DNA from: Candidatus Latescibacterota bacterium | GTDB lineage: Bacteria > Latescibacterota > UBA2968 | Assembly (NCBI GenBank): GCA_965198115.1 | Contig: OZ240241.1 | Coordinates: 128,001 to 192,000 of the forward strand | Length of the DNA: 64,000 bases | Reading direction: 5' to 3' | In this document: piece by piece, positions 20,713 through 30,593 of the stretch | Layout of the letters: each line of letters begins with the position of its first letter | How positions within the stretch are numbered: position 1 is the stretch's first letter | Notes under the pieces: generated by a model | Databases searched by the model: none | What the model was told of the DNA's origin: nothing | What the model saw: only the letters and a program-made list of their open reading frames with translations | Made by a program: the position numbers and the translations under genes

Positions 20713-21906
20713 TCAGTCGGCGGGGGAGGTGAGTTGACCGAGTAGCGCTCGGCGTACCCAGTCGAGCGATTGTGTGACGAGCCAACGGCGGATGTGGTCG
20801 GTGTCCTGGTAATTGCGGCTTCGTCGGCTCAGCTCGATGCCGTCGGGTCCGCGGATGGCGATGTAGGTCGTAAGGTCGTCCATCGGGCCGATCAGGGTGA
20901 GGTTCAGGGCGGGGCCGTCGCCGGTGAGAGCAAGGGCGAGCGCCTCTCCTTCCAACGCGCCGTCGACGTCGGCGCGCAGCGTCTGAAGATCTCCATCGGC
21001 GGTCTCTTCGACGAGGTCGGAAAAGCCGGATTCCTGCAGGTCCCGTACGATCTGCCCGCCGGTGACGGTGTCGACGACCCTCAGTGTGAGATCCCGGTCT
21101 TGGAGCATTCCGCCGACGGTTTCAGCGACGGTCTCCTTGTCGACGCCGTAGATGGCGACGCCCAGACGCGCACGGAGTTCGGATTCCACTCCCGCAATGA
21201 GGGTTTCTGCTTCGGCTTCGTCGTCGGCCTTGGCCGTGATGCGGACATCGGTCTGCCCGATGTGGGCAGCGAGCCCGACGGTCGGGTTCGATTCGGTCAT
21301 CAGGTCGCCGATCACGCGGTCGACGCTGCTCTCGCCGACGGCGCACGTTCGGAGGACGCGGACACGCGTGACCTTCGCCCCTCCCATCCGATCGGCCAGG
21401 ATCGGCACGACGGCGTGCTCGAGCATATGCGTCAGCTCTCGGGGTACGCCGGGTAAGACAATGATGAAACCGCGGTCGTCGACATCCTCGCTCAGGAAGC
21501 AGGGGGCGGTGCCTACTGGATTCTCTATGGGCGTCGCGCCGTCTGGGATGTAAGCTTGTCGCTTGTTGTTTTCGGCCATTTCCCGACCGAAGCTTCGGAA
21601 TCGGGTGGCGACCTGGCGTTCGAGTTCGTCGCTGTAGACGAGGGGGCGTCCCGTGGCGTTCGCGACGCACTGGCGTGTCATATCATCGACAGTCGGCCCG
21701 ATCCCGCCTGAGGTGATGACGACATCGGAGCGATCGAGCGCGAGGTTCAGCACATCGGTGATGCGCTGCTCGTTGTCACCCACTGTCGTCTTGTAGTAGA
21801 TGTCGACACCGATGTCGCGGAGTGCGAGCGCCATCTTGTTGGCGTTCGTGTCGACGATTTCTCCGAGCAGGAGCTCGGTTCCGATCATGACGAGTTCAGC
21901 GCGCAT
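20713..21906 (-). CDS. cinA: CinA family protein (molybdopterin-binding-like domain plus degenerate PncC domain)
   Basis: IGTELLLGEIVDTN, TVGDN, SGGIGPTVDDMTR, NPVGTAP, LPGVPRE. Start moved to ATG 21906. Confidence 0.88.
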   Translation of the reverse strand: MRAELVMIGTELLLGEIVDTNANKMALALRDIGVDIYYKTTVGDNEQRITDVLNLALDRSDVVITSGGIGPTVDDMTRQCVANATGRPLVYSDELERQVATRFRSFGREMAENNKRQAYIPDGATPIENPVGTAPCFLSEDVDDRGFIIVLPGVPRELTHMLEHAVVPILADRMGGAKVTRVRVLRTCAVGESSVDRVIGDLMTESNPTVGLAAHIGQTDVRITAKADDEAEAETLIAGVESELRARLGVAIYGVDKETVAETVGGMLQDRDLTLRVVDTVTGGQIVRDLQESGFSDLVEETADGDLQTLRADVDGALEGEALALALTGDGPALNLTLIGPMDDLTTYIAIRGPDGIELSRRSRNYQDTDHIRRWLVTQSLDWVRRALLGQLTSPAD

Positions 21907-21940
21907 AGAAAAAAGCCGTTGTCCGTGAGCCGGGGAAAGC

Positions 21941-22450
21941 TTACACCCAGTGTTCGTGGATGGGGCCGGAGCCGCCGTGGACGGGATCGGTTGAGGGTTT
22001 GGGAACGGATGCGATCGTTCGTAGGACCAGGGATCGATCATCTGATTCGCCCCTGTACAAGTCCCAGTCGGTGCAGCCGGGGGGGTAGGCGCCGATGACG
22101 AGAAGGTCGCGCGATGCGCCGAGGTTCTCGTGACCGGTCCCCGCGGGGAGAAGGGCGACATCGCCGGCTTCGACGTCGAAGACGTCTCCGGCCTGTCCGC
22201 CGAAGCGGACACTGGCCGATCCTCTGGCGATTCCGAGCACTTCGTGGGCGTTGCTGTGAAAGTGGGGGAAGGGATAGATCCCATTCCTCCAGGAGTGCGT
22301 CCATCCATTCGTGTGAAAAGCGTTTTCAATGGCGATCGCACGATCCTCTCCGGCCTCGGCAAACGCGCCTTTGTAGACGATCATCGGCCAGGACGGATGG
22401 TTGGGGATCGTGCCGTCGTCGCCGAACGGGTAGGTCAGGATGTCGGACAT
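21941..22450 (-). CDS. Cupin domain protein (YjlB-like)
   Basis: IPNHP, WRNGIYPFPHFHSNAHEVL, PAGTGH, IGAYP. Confidence 0.88.
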   Translation of the reverse strand: MSDILTYPFGDDGTIPNHPSWPMIVYKGAFAEAGEDRAIAIENAFHTNGWTHSWRNGIYPFPHFHSNAHEVLGIARGSASVRFGGQAGDVFDVEAGDVALLPAGTGHENLGASRDLLVIGAYPPGCTDWDLYRGESDDRSLVLRTIASVPKPSTDPVHGGSGPIHEHWV

Positions 22451-22461
22451 ATTGAATCTCG

Positions 22462-23277
22462 CTATTGGGTTCCAAACTCGCCGTGGACGGGAACGGGTGC
22501 ATCGCCGCCACCGATGACGCTCTGGTCGAAGTCGACGAGCGCGCCCGTCATCAGTCCAGACTCGTCGGACGCAAGATAGGCAATTGCCCGGGCGGCTTCG
22601 TCGACTTTGATGAGCCGACCGAAAGGCCGGTCGGCTTCAGCCTCGTCGAGCCAGTCCTTGCCGTCGCTGTGAACCGTCCGTTGGATATGGTCTTCGCCGG
22701 GTGTATCCATCCACCCGAGCATCAGGCCGTTGACGCGGATGCGGTTCCGCACGACAGCGTAGGCGACGTTCTTCGTGAGGGTGGCGAGATCACCCTTCGA
22801 CGTCGAGTAGGGGGTGAGAAAAGGCTGACCTCCGTAGGCGCTGGTCGAGATGACGTTGACGATCGATCCCTCGACGGCCTGGTCGCGCATATGGTTGACG
22901 CAGGCTTGCATCAGCAGAAAGGGCGCGCGCAGATTGACGTCGATCAGGTTGTTCCATACGTCGAGCGTCGTGTCGTAGATCGTCCCGCGCGTTGTGAGGC
23001 CGGCGGCGTTCACGAGGATGTGAATCTGGCCGAACCGTTCGATCGAGTCGGATACCACCTGCCCACAGCTATCGGGATCGGCAAGGTCGGCCTGAACGAA
23101 AAAGGCATTGCAATCACCCTGGCACAGGTCGGTGGCGACGCGCTTTCCCCGGTCGGCGTCCCGTCCTGTGATGGTCACGCCGGATGCGCCGCGGTCGACA
23201 AACAGACGTGCCGTAGCCTCGCCAAGGCCTTGCGTACTGCCGGTGACGATCGCATGCTTTCCACCCAGTGTGCTCAT
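22462..23277 (-). CDS. Short-chain dehydrogenase/reductase
   Basis: TGSTQGLG, LVNAAG, YSTSK, NGLMLGW. ATG overlaps the thiI stop. Confidence 0.9.
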   Translation of the reverse strand: MSTLGGKHAIVTGSTQGLGEATARLFVDRGASGVTITGRDADRGKRVATDLCQGDCNAFFVQADLADPDSCGQVVSDSIERFGQIHILVNAAGLTTRGTIYDTTLDVWNNLIDVNLRAPFLLMQACVNHMRDQAVEGSIVNVISTSAYGGQPFLTPYSTSKGDLATLTKNVAYAVVRNRIRVNGLMLGWMDTPGEDHIQRTVHSDGKDWLDEAEADRPFGRLIKVDEAARAIAYLASDESGLMTGALVDFDQSVIGGGDAPVPVHGEFGTQ

Positions 23278-24443
23278 CGTTCGAATCGCTTCACTTCTGT
23301 GGATTTGAGGGTCTCTTCGATCAAGGGGTCCAGATCCATTCGTTCTTCGCAAGCGTGCACCCTGTCGATGTCGGCTCTGGTTTCCGGGTGTTTGGGGACG
23401 AAGACGGTACAGCAGTCTTCGTAGGGTTCGATCGATGTTTCGAAGGTGCCGATCGCGCGAGCCTGGTTAACGATTTCCTCTTTGTTGTCGCCGGCCAGGG
23501 GACGTAGAACAGGCAGGAGTGTGACTTCTTCGATGGCCCGCAGATTGGCCAGCGTCTGAGACGCGACCTGCCCGACGTTGTCGCCGGTCACGAGGGCCTG
23601 GGCGCCTTCCTGACGGGCGATCGCATCCGCGATGCGGAGCATACACCGTCGGTAGAGGAGGACTCGATAGCTTTCCATCCCGAACTGTACGATGTGGCGC
23701 TGGATTTCAACGAACGGTACGAGGAAGAGTCGCGATTTGTACTGGTAACGCGTGAGGATCTGGACAAGCTCCTCGGTGTTCCGCTGCGAATTGCGATTCG
23801 TGTAGGGCTGGCTGTGGAAGTGGACGAAGGAGAGTGTCACGCCTCGCTTCATGATCTTGTAGGACGCGACGGGCGAATCGATTCCGGATGAGATGAGGCT
23901 GACCGCGCGCTCGTTCGTACCGACCGGGAGGCCCCCGGGGCCCGATATTTTCTCACCGTAGACGAACGTGCCGTCGTGTGTGACCTCGAGGTAGCACGTA
24001 AGGTCGGGGTCGGCCATTCTCACTTCGGCGCCGGAAAGCTTTTGAACGTGGGCGCCGACGTCACGGTTGATTTCGTCGGAGTTCATTCCGAACGACTTGT
24101 CGGACCGACGTGTCACGAGCTTGAAGCTGTCGAAGCGCGACTTTTGCGCGACCGCCCAGGCGGCTTCGCGGAACGCCTCGATGCGGTTGGCGACGCGGTA
24201 GGCAGGCGAAAAGTTTGCGATGCCGAAGACGCCGGAAAGACGCTCGCGCACGACACCGTCGGGCGTGTCGGGGGTGAGCTCGACCAGCAGCCTACCCGAA
24301 ATGCGACGCACGGGACCGATCGGGACACCCTTCAGCGATCGTTGGATGTTCCGGATGAGCTGATTCTCGAACCGGCCGCGATTCCGGCCCTTCAGTCCGA
24401 TTTCGTGGTAGTGGATGAGGTAGAGATTTTGGGCCTCGCCCAT
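23274..24443 (-). CDS. thiI: tRNA 4-thiouridine synthase ThiI
   Basis: YHEIGLKGRNR, THUMP domain, GGLPVG, LISSGIDSPV, GQVASQT, EDCC. Confidence 0.95.
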   Translation of the reverse strand: MGEAQNLYLIHYHEIGLKGRNRGRFENQLIRNIQRSLKGVPIGPVRRISGRLLVELTPDTPDGVVRERLSGVFGIANFSPAYRVANRIEAFREAAWAVAQKSRFDSFKLVTRRSDKSFGMNSDEINRDVGAHVQKLSGAEVRMADPDLTCYLEVTHDGTFVYGEKISGPGGLPVGTNERAVSLISSGIDSPVASYKIMKRGVTLSFVHFHSQPYTNRNSQRNTEELVQILTRYQYKSRLFLVPFVEIQRHIVQFGMESYRVLLYRRCMLRIADAIARQEGAQALVTGDNVGQVASQTLANLRAIEEVTLLPVLRPLAGDNKEEIVNQARAIGTFETSIEPYEDCCTVFVPKHPETRADIDRVHACEERMDLDPLIEETLKSTEVKRFER

Positions 24444-24527
24444 CGCTTCCTCCGTGTGGGGTGGCGGTGGAGGAATATGGCCGAGGGCCCGGAGCGTGTC
24501 AAGAAACGGCCCTACCGAACGAGCGAT

Positions 24528-26117
24528 TTACTCAGTTTCAGAAGGTGTTCGATCGACGTCGCGGCGAAGCACGATCAGCGTCAGATCGTCGGCGCGGGGG
24601 GCAGTTCTGATGAACGATTCGACCGCCCTGTGAACCGTCTTGACGACCGGGGCGGAGCCATCGGCTTTCCAGGTGTTCTCTTCTTCTAGAAGCGATATGA
24701 AACGGGTTTCCTCGAGCATGTCACCGTTCGGACCCCGTGCCTCGATGACACCGTCCGAGTAGAAGACGAGCGCGTCACCGTCGGAGAGGGTAACCGTTTT
24801 CGATTCGTAGGTGCGACCCGCCCGGAGGACGGCGGGAATGCCGAGAGGCAGACCCGAGAGCTCGACCGGGATCGCCAATCGGGACTGTGCGCCGACCTGG
24901 ATGGGTGGGCAATGACCGGCATTGACCAACTCGACGCTCCCCGAAGGGATGTCCACGACGGCCACGCAACAGGTGATAAAGGTATCCGTGTCGATCTGCC
25001 CCTCGAGCGAGTCGTTCAGACCGGCGACGATGTCGATGGGATCGGTGCGATTGCGAATTTCGTATCGGAGCATCTCGTTGAATCTCAAGGCAGTGACGGC
25101 GGCTTCCATCGCCTTGCCCGACACATCGGCGATGACGATGGCGAATTTTTGCTGTTCTTCGTCGAGCCATTTGTAGGCGAAGTAGTCCCCTCCTACGTTG
25201 TTGGCGGGCACGAGCAGCCCGTCGACGCTGTAGCCGGTCAGGCCCGAGGGCGTATCGGGGAGGAGGTCCATCTGCATGTCGTGTGCGGTCTGAAGCTCGT
25301 CCCGCATTTCGCGATACTGGGCATCGTGCAAGCTTTCGTTTCGCTGCTCGGCGAGTAACGTCTGCCGGTAGGCGGAGCTCACCAGACTCATGCTGAAGGG
25401 GAATACGAGCAGGTCGACGAGGGCATCGATGTGGTAGTCTTCGGGCGTGTTCGACGCCAGTGACAACACGAACAGGGCGAGGACCAGAATGGCTGCGTGC
25501 TTGACGTGTCCGTAGCGGACGACCGTGTTCCGGCTTTCAACGTAGGCGTCAATGACGGGGAGGTGGCGATCGGCGACCAGGATGGGCAAATAGAAGCAGC
25601 GGAGCGTGAAGAAGAGAGCATAGCACCAAAGAAGGGCCAGTACGATGGCGGGTAGAATCACACTCCAGTCGTAGGACGGCTCCTGAAAACCTGGGAGGTA
25701 ACGGATGATGTCTCCGCTCAAATGTTCACGCAGAAATCCCTTGATGGGCACGATGTCCCGGGCCAACGGATCAGGCAGGACCTCGGTCGGGAGAATGCCA
25801 AAGGCGAACACCACGCTCAGCACGGCGAGAATAAGCCAGCCACCCGCACCCCACACGCTCAGGAATAGAAACCGAAGCGGGCGATTGGTAAGCGGGGACC
25901 AGCAAGTTCTGAGTGAAACCGACCCTCGATCCTGCCCTTCGAGACACATCAGCAGGATTCCGGTCACGAAGGCGGCCATAAAGATGGGCAGGACGATCGA
26001 GGCGAGGCCGGCGAGGAGCGACCCGATGACGAGATTGGGGAGATTGCCGGTCCAGCACGTGATGCTGTCGGACAGGCAGGTTCTGACCTTCAGGTGTGGG
26101 GCTGCGGGTTGTAGCAC
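24528..26117 (-). CDS. Multi-TM protein with C-terminal PP2C/SpoIIE (RsbU-like) phosphatase
   Basis: Hydrophobic N-half, then ELQTAHDMQ..LLP, VGGDYF, IADVSGK, NAGH, YSDGVIEA, DDLT. Confidence 0.9.
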   Translation of the reverse strand: MLQPAAPHLKVRTCLSDSITCWTGNLPNLVIGSLLAGLASIVLPIFMAAFVTGILLMCLEGQDRGSVSLRTCWSPLTNRPLRFLFLSVWGAGGWLILAVLSVVFAFGILPTEVLPDPLARDIVPIKGFLREHLSGDIIRYLPGFQEPSYDWSVILPAIVLALLWCYALFFTLRCFYLPILVADRHLPVIDAYVESRNTVVRYGHVKHAAILVLALFVLSLASNTPEDYHIDALVDLLVFPFSMSLVSSAYRQTLLAEQRNESLHDAQYREMRDELQTAHDMQMDLLPDTPSGLTGYSVDGLLVPANNVGGDYFAYKWLDEEQQKFAIVIADVSGKAMEAAVTALRFNEMLRYEIRNRTDPIDIVAGLNDSLEGQIDTDTFITCCVAVVDIPSGSVELVNAGHCPPIQVGAQSRLAIPVELSGLPLGIPAVLRAGRTYESKTVTLSDGDALVFYSDGVIEARGPNGDMLEETRFISLLEEENTWKADGSAPVVKTVHRAVESFIRTAPRADDLTLIVLRRDVDRTPSETE

Positions 26118-26156
26118 GGCGTCCCTCCCAGGCGCGGTGCGGAAGCGCGTGCCGGT

Positions 26157-27569
26157 TTATCGAGACGGCTTCTCTTTGTTGAGCCCGTGCTTGCGATAGA
26201 AGTGGCGGAACTGGTCGTAGGTCAACCCGAGCGCATCGGCTGCTTTCCTCTGATTCCATTCGGAAGATCGTAGGGCCCGGCGGAGCAGACTCAGTTCGAA
26301 CGCTTCGAGCTGGCTGTCGAATCCACCGTCGGATGACGGGCTGGAGTCGTCCACGACTTCGGGTGGAAGGTCGTCGGAGGTCAGGTCCTTTCCCGTGGCG
26401 ATGCAGGCCGCCCGTTCGGCAGCGAACTTGAGCTCCCTGATGTTCCCGGGCCAGTCGTAGTTCATGAGGGCGCGTTCGGCTTCCTTCGAGAATCGTCTAT
26501 CCTGAATGCCGGGAACTTCCTGAACGATTTCGCGGACGAAGTGCTCTGCGAGGGGGTGAATGTCCTCGCGGCGTTCCCTGAGTGGCGGAATCCGCAGGAC
26601 TTCGAAGCGGAGCCGATCATAGAGGTCCTGGCGGAAGCGGCCTTCGACGATCTCTCGTTCCAGGTTGGCGTTCGTCGCGGCGATCACCCGTACGTCCACT
26701 TTGAAGGGCGCCGCGCTGCCGACTCGCTGCACTTCCTGATACTCGATCGCACGCAGGATGTTCTGCTGGAATTCGGCGCTCGTGTTGCCGATTTCGTCGA
26801 GGAACAACGTACCACCGTCGGCCGCCTCGAACTTACCCGGCCGGGCCTCGCCGGCGCCCGTGAACGCGCCTTTTTCGTGACCAAAGAGCTCGCTTTCGAG
26901 CAGGTTGGGCGAGAGGGCGGCACAGTTGACTTTGACGAACGGGCGATCCTTCCGACCACCAGCATAGTGGATCGTCGCGGCGACGAGTTCCTTTCCGGTC
27001 CCCGGTTCGCCCAGGATGAGCACGGGTCGGGGAATCGAGGCGATGCGTTCCGCCTGTTGCAGCAGCTGCTGCATCACAGGACTCGTGCCGATCACTTGGT
27101 AGCGTTTGCCGAACTCGTCCCGATAGAATCGATTCTCGCGATCGAGGTCCTTGACCTCTTCGCGCAACTTTACGTTTTCATCGGCGACGGCGAGGACGCG
27201 TTCGAGCTTTTCGACGCTGAGCTCGAGCCGGTCCTCGATGTAGAAGTCCTTTTCGATAAAGTCGGCGGCCCCCAATCTCAGGGCGGTCACGGCAGTCTCG
27301 ACAGTGCCTTCGCCGGTGAGGATGATGACGGGCAAGTCGGGTATCTGCTCTTTGATGAGCCGAAGGATTTCGAGACCGTCAGGTTCCCCCTCGCCAAAAT
27401 CGAGATCCAGGATGGCCAGGTCGACGTTCTGCCCCGCTCCGCGCACGTGGTTCAGGGCTTCGACCCCGGTCGCGCACGCGTGAACATCTCGTCCCGTGGC
27501 GACGAGCGTTTCCTGCAGGGCGTCTCGGATTTCGGGCTGGTCGTCGGCAATGACGATGCGGGAGGGCAT
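26157..27569 (-). CDS. Sigma54 enhancer-binding response regulator: REC plus PspF-like AAA+ plus HTH
   Basis: REC motifs IADD, ILD, LTG, FIEK. AAA+ motifs GEPGTGKE, GAFTGA, FLDEI. PspF-like LRAIEY, DRLRFEV and HTH NQRKAADALGLTYDQFR. Confidence 0.92.
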   Translation of the reverse strand: MPSRIVIADDQPEIRDALQETLVATGRDVHACATGVEALNHVRGAGQNVDLAILDLDFGEGEPDGLEILRLIKEQIPDLPVIILTGEGTVETAVTALRLGAADFIEKDFYIEDRLELSVEKLERVLAVADENVKLREEVKDLDRENRFYRDEFGKRYQVIGTSPVMQQLLQQAERIASIPRPVLILGEPGTGKELVAATIHYAGGRKDRPFVKVNCAALSPNLLESELFGHEKGAFTGAGEARPGKFEAADGGTLFLDEIGNTSAEFQQNILRAIEYQEVQRVGSAAPFKVDVRVIAATNANLEREIVEGRFRQDLYDRLRFEVLRIPPLRERREDIHPLAEHFVREIVQEVPGIQDRRFSKEAERALMNYDWPGNIRELKFAAERAACIATGKDLTSDDLPPEVVDDSSPSSDGGFDSQLEAFELSLLRRALRSSEWNQRKAADALGLTYDQFRHFYRKHGLNKEKPSR

Positions 27570-27577
27570 GGGGTCTC

Positions 27578-29176
27578 TCAGGAGATGAATTCGTCGGCGA
27601 CCGGATCCCCGCCGGTCTCAGCACTGCTGCGTTGCAGGCGAAGCGCTTCCTTCTCGGAATGGACTTCGAAATCGATCGGGAGGTCGACGCGGAAGACTGT
27701 ACCACGACCCGCGCTGCTCTGGAAGCGGATCGTCCCTCGGTGGGCAGAGACGATGCGGCGACAGATACTGAGACCGTAGCCGTTTCCCTTTTCTCGTGTC
27801 GAAAAGCCGGGGTCGAATACCCTGGGCTGCACATCCTCGGGAATACCGGCTCCGCGATCTTCAACCTCTATGTAGACGGTCGTGCCCGCGGCGTCGTAGC
27901 CGACCTGGACGCGGACGGGTTCGTCATTTTGCGATGCGGCCAGCGCGTTCAACAGGAGGTTGGTGATGGTCTCCGCGATCATAGCCCCGTCGGCTTTGAC
28001 TTGCGGGATGTGTTCTTCGGCTTTGAAGGTGATGTTCGGGCCGCCCGATGCTTCGATCGTACGTCGTGTCAGGTCGACGACGTCGACGAGCACGGCGTTG
28101 ACGGTTTCCGTCTTCATGCTTCGCAGGTAGGTGACCCACTGATCGTAAACACTTTCCTGTTCGGCCAAGATCCGGTCGAACGGTTCGGACGAAACCGGAT
28201 CCAGCTTGCGGATCGCGCGTCGGAGCTTGTTGCCCGCGAGTCCCATCAGGTTCTTGATTCGGTGGCCGTGCGTGTAGAGGCTCTCGTAGACCTGGGCGCG
28301 ACCGAGTTCGATGAGCTCGAGCGAAAGGTGGGCGAGCACGGTTGAAGCTTTGATGCCGAATTCCTCGGAGATCGTCGCGTATTCCTGCTCCATTTCCGAA
28401 GGGCTCATATGGTCGAAGAGCAGCGCCGCGAGATTGCGGTAGGGTAACCCGTAGTCGGGCTGGAGCTGTATGGCGATCTTGAATTCGCCCAGGGCCGGAA
28501 TCGTCTGACCGGCCTGCATGAGAAGGACGCCGAGGTTGTTGTGACCCGGTGCGTAGAACGGGTCGGTTTCGAGTCCTCGGCGGTAGATGTCGACGGCTCG
28601 GCGCCGGCGCTCGGGAAAGTCGTCGAGGAAGCTGCCGAGAAGAAAGCAGACCCGATCGAGTCCATCGTAGACGACTCCGTCGTCGCAACGTGCCAGGATA
28701 TGCTCGAGCGCCTCGATAGCTCTCTGTCGGTCTTTTGAAGCCGGCGCTGCACCGTGGGCGTGGTGCAGGGCGAGCTGGAAGCTTGCGTCGAGGTGCTCGG
28801 GGTCGATTTCGATCGCGCGTTCGAAAGCCTCCCGCGCTTCCCCGGGATGGCCGACGTGTGCCTTCGAGAGGCCGACTTTGTAGTGGAGGTCGGCGACGTT
28901 AGGCTCCCGGGCAAGGGCCTTTGCGAACGTCTCGCTCGCCTTTGCGTATTCGCCCCGATTGTGATAGAGCACGCCCAGGTTGTGAAGCGACCGGACGTTT
29001 GTCGGGTCGAGCGCCGCCGCACGCTCATAGGCCCGCTCGGCCTCGTCGGCATCGGCGTCTCGGTAGGCCTGGTCGCCTAGGCTTCTGAGTCCGCGCGCCT
29101 CCTCGATTGTCGATTCGGGCAGGCTGTCGCCCAGCTCGAGTGACCCGTCGGTCGATGTAGTGCGCTTGCGATCCAC
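27578..29176 (-). CDS. Soluble TPR-repeat sensor histidine kinase
   Basis: Multiple TPRs (HNLGVLY, YKVGL, HNNLGVLL). H-box HRIKN, N-box NLLLNA, G1 EDRGAGI, G2 GNGYGL. No TM segment seen. Confidence 0.9.
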   Translation of the reverse strand: MDRKRTTSTDGSLELGDSLPESTIEEARGLRSLGDQAYRDADADEAERAYERAAALDPTNVRSLHNLGVLYHNRGEYAKASETFAKALAREPNVADLHYKVGLSKAHVGHPGEAREAFERAIEIDPEHLDASFQLALHHAHGAAPASKDRQRAIEALEHILARCDDGVVYDGLDRVCFLLGSFLDDFPERRRRAVDIYRRGLETDPFYAPGHNNLGVLLMQAGQTIPALGEFKIAIQLQPDYGLPYRNLAALLFDHMSPSEMEQEYATISEEFGIKASTVLAHLSLELIELGRAQVYESLYTHGHRIKNLMGLAGNKLRRAIRKLDPVSSEPFDRILAEQESVYDQWVTYLRSMKTETVNAVLVDVVDLTRRTIEASGGPNITFKAEEHIPQVKADGAMIAETITNLLLNALAASQNDEPVRVQVGYDAAGTTVYIEVEDRGAGIPEDVQPRVFDPGFSTREKGNGYGLSICRRIVSAHRGTIRFQSSAGRGTVFRVDLPIDFEVHSEKEALRLQRSSAETGGDPVADEFIS

Positions 29177-29178
29177 GC

Positions 29179-29760
29179 CTACGCCGTCTGGAGTCCCAAG
29201 CGTTGAAATTCGCGTTCGAGCTGGCGGCGTGCTCGGTTGAGCCAGGTCTTCACGGTCCCCATCGGGACCTCCAGCGTCTGAACGATTTCCTCGTAGGAAA
29301 AGTCCTTGACGTAGCGCAGCCAGATCGCTTTCCGGTAACGCTCGGGCAGTCGGTTGATGCCCTGGTGGACGAGTTCTCTACGCTCTCGTGTCTGAATGTC
29401 CACGTCCGGGCCGGCTTGCCTTGCGGCTTCGGACATCGCTGCTTTGGCGTATTCCACGTCTTCGAGCAGCGTGACCCAATTGCGGCGAACCCGTTCGGAG
29501 CGTTTGTGTGAGAGGCAGACGTTGATCGCAATGCGCGTGATCCACGTGCCGAAGGCGGATTCCCCGCGAAATGTGGGGAGGGCGTTGAACGCTCGGATGA
29601 AGGACTGTTGAATCAGGTCGTCGACCACATCGGGGTCGGATACGCGGCGTCGCACAACGGCAACGACGTTGGAATGGTAGGTCTCGTAGAGCTGTCGGTA
29701 GGCCGCGTCGCTCCCATGTAGCGCGTCCCGAATCAGCTGTTGTTCTTGATTGCGCGTCAC
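29179..29760 (-). CDS. ECF-family RNA polymerase sigma factor
   Basis: DDLIQQSFIRAF..L.TFRGESAFGTWITRIAIN (region 2) and SYEEIVQTLEVPMGTVKTWLNRAR (region 4). Confidence 0.93.
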   Translation of the reverse strand: MTRNQEQQLIRDALHGSDAAYRQLYETYHSNVVAVVRRRVSDPDVVDDLIQQSFIRAFNALPTFRGESAFGTWITRIAINVCLSHKRSERVRRNWVTLLEDVEYAKAAMSEAARQAGPDVDIQTRERRELVHQGINRLPERYRKAIWLRYVKDFSYEEIVQTLEVPMGTVKTWLNRARRQLEREFQRLGLQTA

Positions 29761-29771
29761 TTCGCATCCTT

Positions 29772-29957
29772 TCAGTAGGCTTCGTCTTGATCGCGGGTGA
29801 GGAAGCGGTAGCCGAGGTAGGTCACCGCGCCGGAAATCGCCAGCTTGACGAGCACGAAGGCCAGCGCGAATACGGACCCGATCAGAGGAAAGAGCGTGCC
29901 GAGGACCATGGATCCTCCGACGATGATCAGGATGATGCCAAGGAGTTTGAGCAACAT
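29772..29957 (-). CDS. Small two-TM membrane protein (PspG-like size and topology)
   Basis: 61 aa, almost entirely hydrophobic. GGAGGA RBS, tightly packed in the operon. Confidence 0.7.
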   Translation of the reverse strand: MLLKLLGIILIIVGGSMVLGTLFPLIGSVFALAFVLVKLAISGAVTYLGYRFLTRDQDEAY

Positions 29958-29969
29958 GGCGTCTTCCTC

Positions 29970-30287
29970 CTAAGACCCGGTTTCCGCGGGAGATTTCGTA
30001 CGTGATTCGAGTCGCGCCAGTCGTTCGTCGACAGAGATGATGATGTCCTGGACGTCCGAAAGCCGTTGCTCGACGCGGTCGAACCGTGCGTTTACTTCAT
30101 CGGGAACATCGGACGGTGGGGCGCTGTATCTGTACATTCTTGCGATCTTGATGAACACGATCGCAAGAAGGACGAGGATGACAATGGGGCCGGGGTTGTC
30201 GATTCCCCTGTCGAGGATGTGGACCGTCGTACCTATGGCGACGAAGAGGAAGGCAATGCTGCCAAAGGTCATGAACGAGCGTGGCAT
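29970..30287 (-). CDS. Small membrane protein with C-terminal coiled coil (PspB/PspC-like)
   Basis: Two TM helices, then VNARFDRVEQRLSDVQDIIISVDERLARLE. GGAG RBS. Confidence 0.75.
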   Translation of the reverse strand: MPRSFMTFGSIAFLFVAIGTTVHILDRGIDNPGPIVILVLLAIVFIKIARMYRYSAPPSDVPDEVNARFDRVEQRLSDVQDIIISVDERLARLESRTKSPAETGS

Positions 30288-30324
30288 GGTCTGGTTCTCC
30301 GTGAAGGAACGGTTGTCGTAAGCC

Positions 30325-30522
30325 CTATTGCCGTTTCAGTTTTTCGTCGATGGTGATCAGGATGTCCTGGACGTCGGTGATGCGGCGGTCGAGATCGTTC
30401 AGGCGCTCGTGGATCCGTTCTTCGACATCGCCCGGTACGGCCGCGTTGCCGCGACGTTCGACGTATTTATGGACGGCGGACGCCAGGACGATGAGTGATA
30501 TACCAGCGAAAATCTCGATCAT
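30325..30522 (-). CDS. Small single-TM coiled-coil protein (PspB-like), paralogous to the next gene
   Basis: TM then IHERLNDLDRRITDVQDILITIDEKLKR. GGAGG RBS. Confidence 0.75.
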   Translation of the reverse strand: MIEIFAGISLIVLASAVHKYVERRGNAAVPGDVEERIHERLNDLDRRITDVQDILITIDEKLKRQ

Positions 30523-30593
30523 AGTGCCCTCCCGGGACCCTTACCACGAAATAAGTGCTGCACTTTTCAAGGTAATGATCTTACGCTCGGAGT

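Noticed and set aside
26541-27779. Long antisense ORFs (e.g. 26541-27779, 62197-63588, 22465-23424, 61134-62150)
   Set aside because: Shadow frames of well-supported genes in GC-rich DNA.
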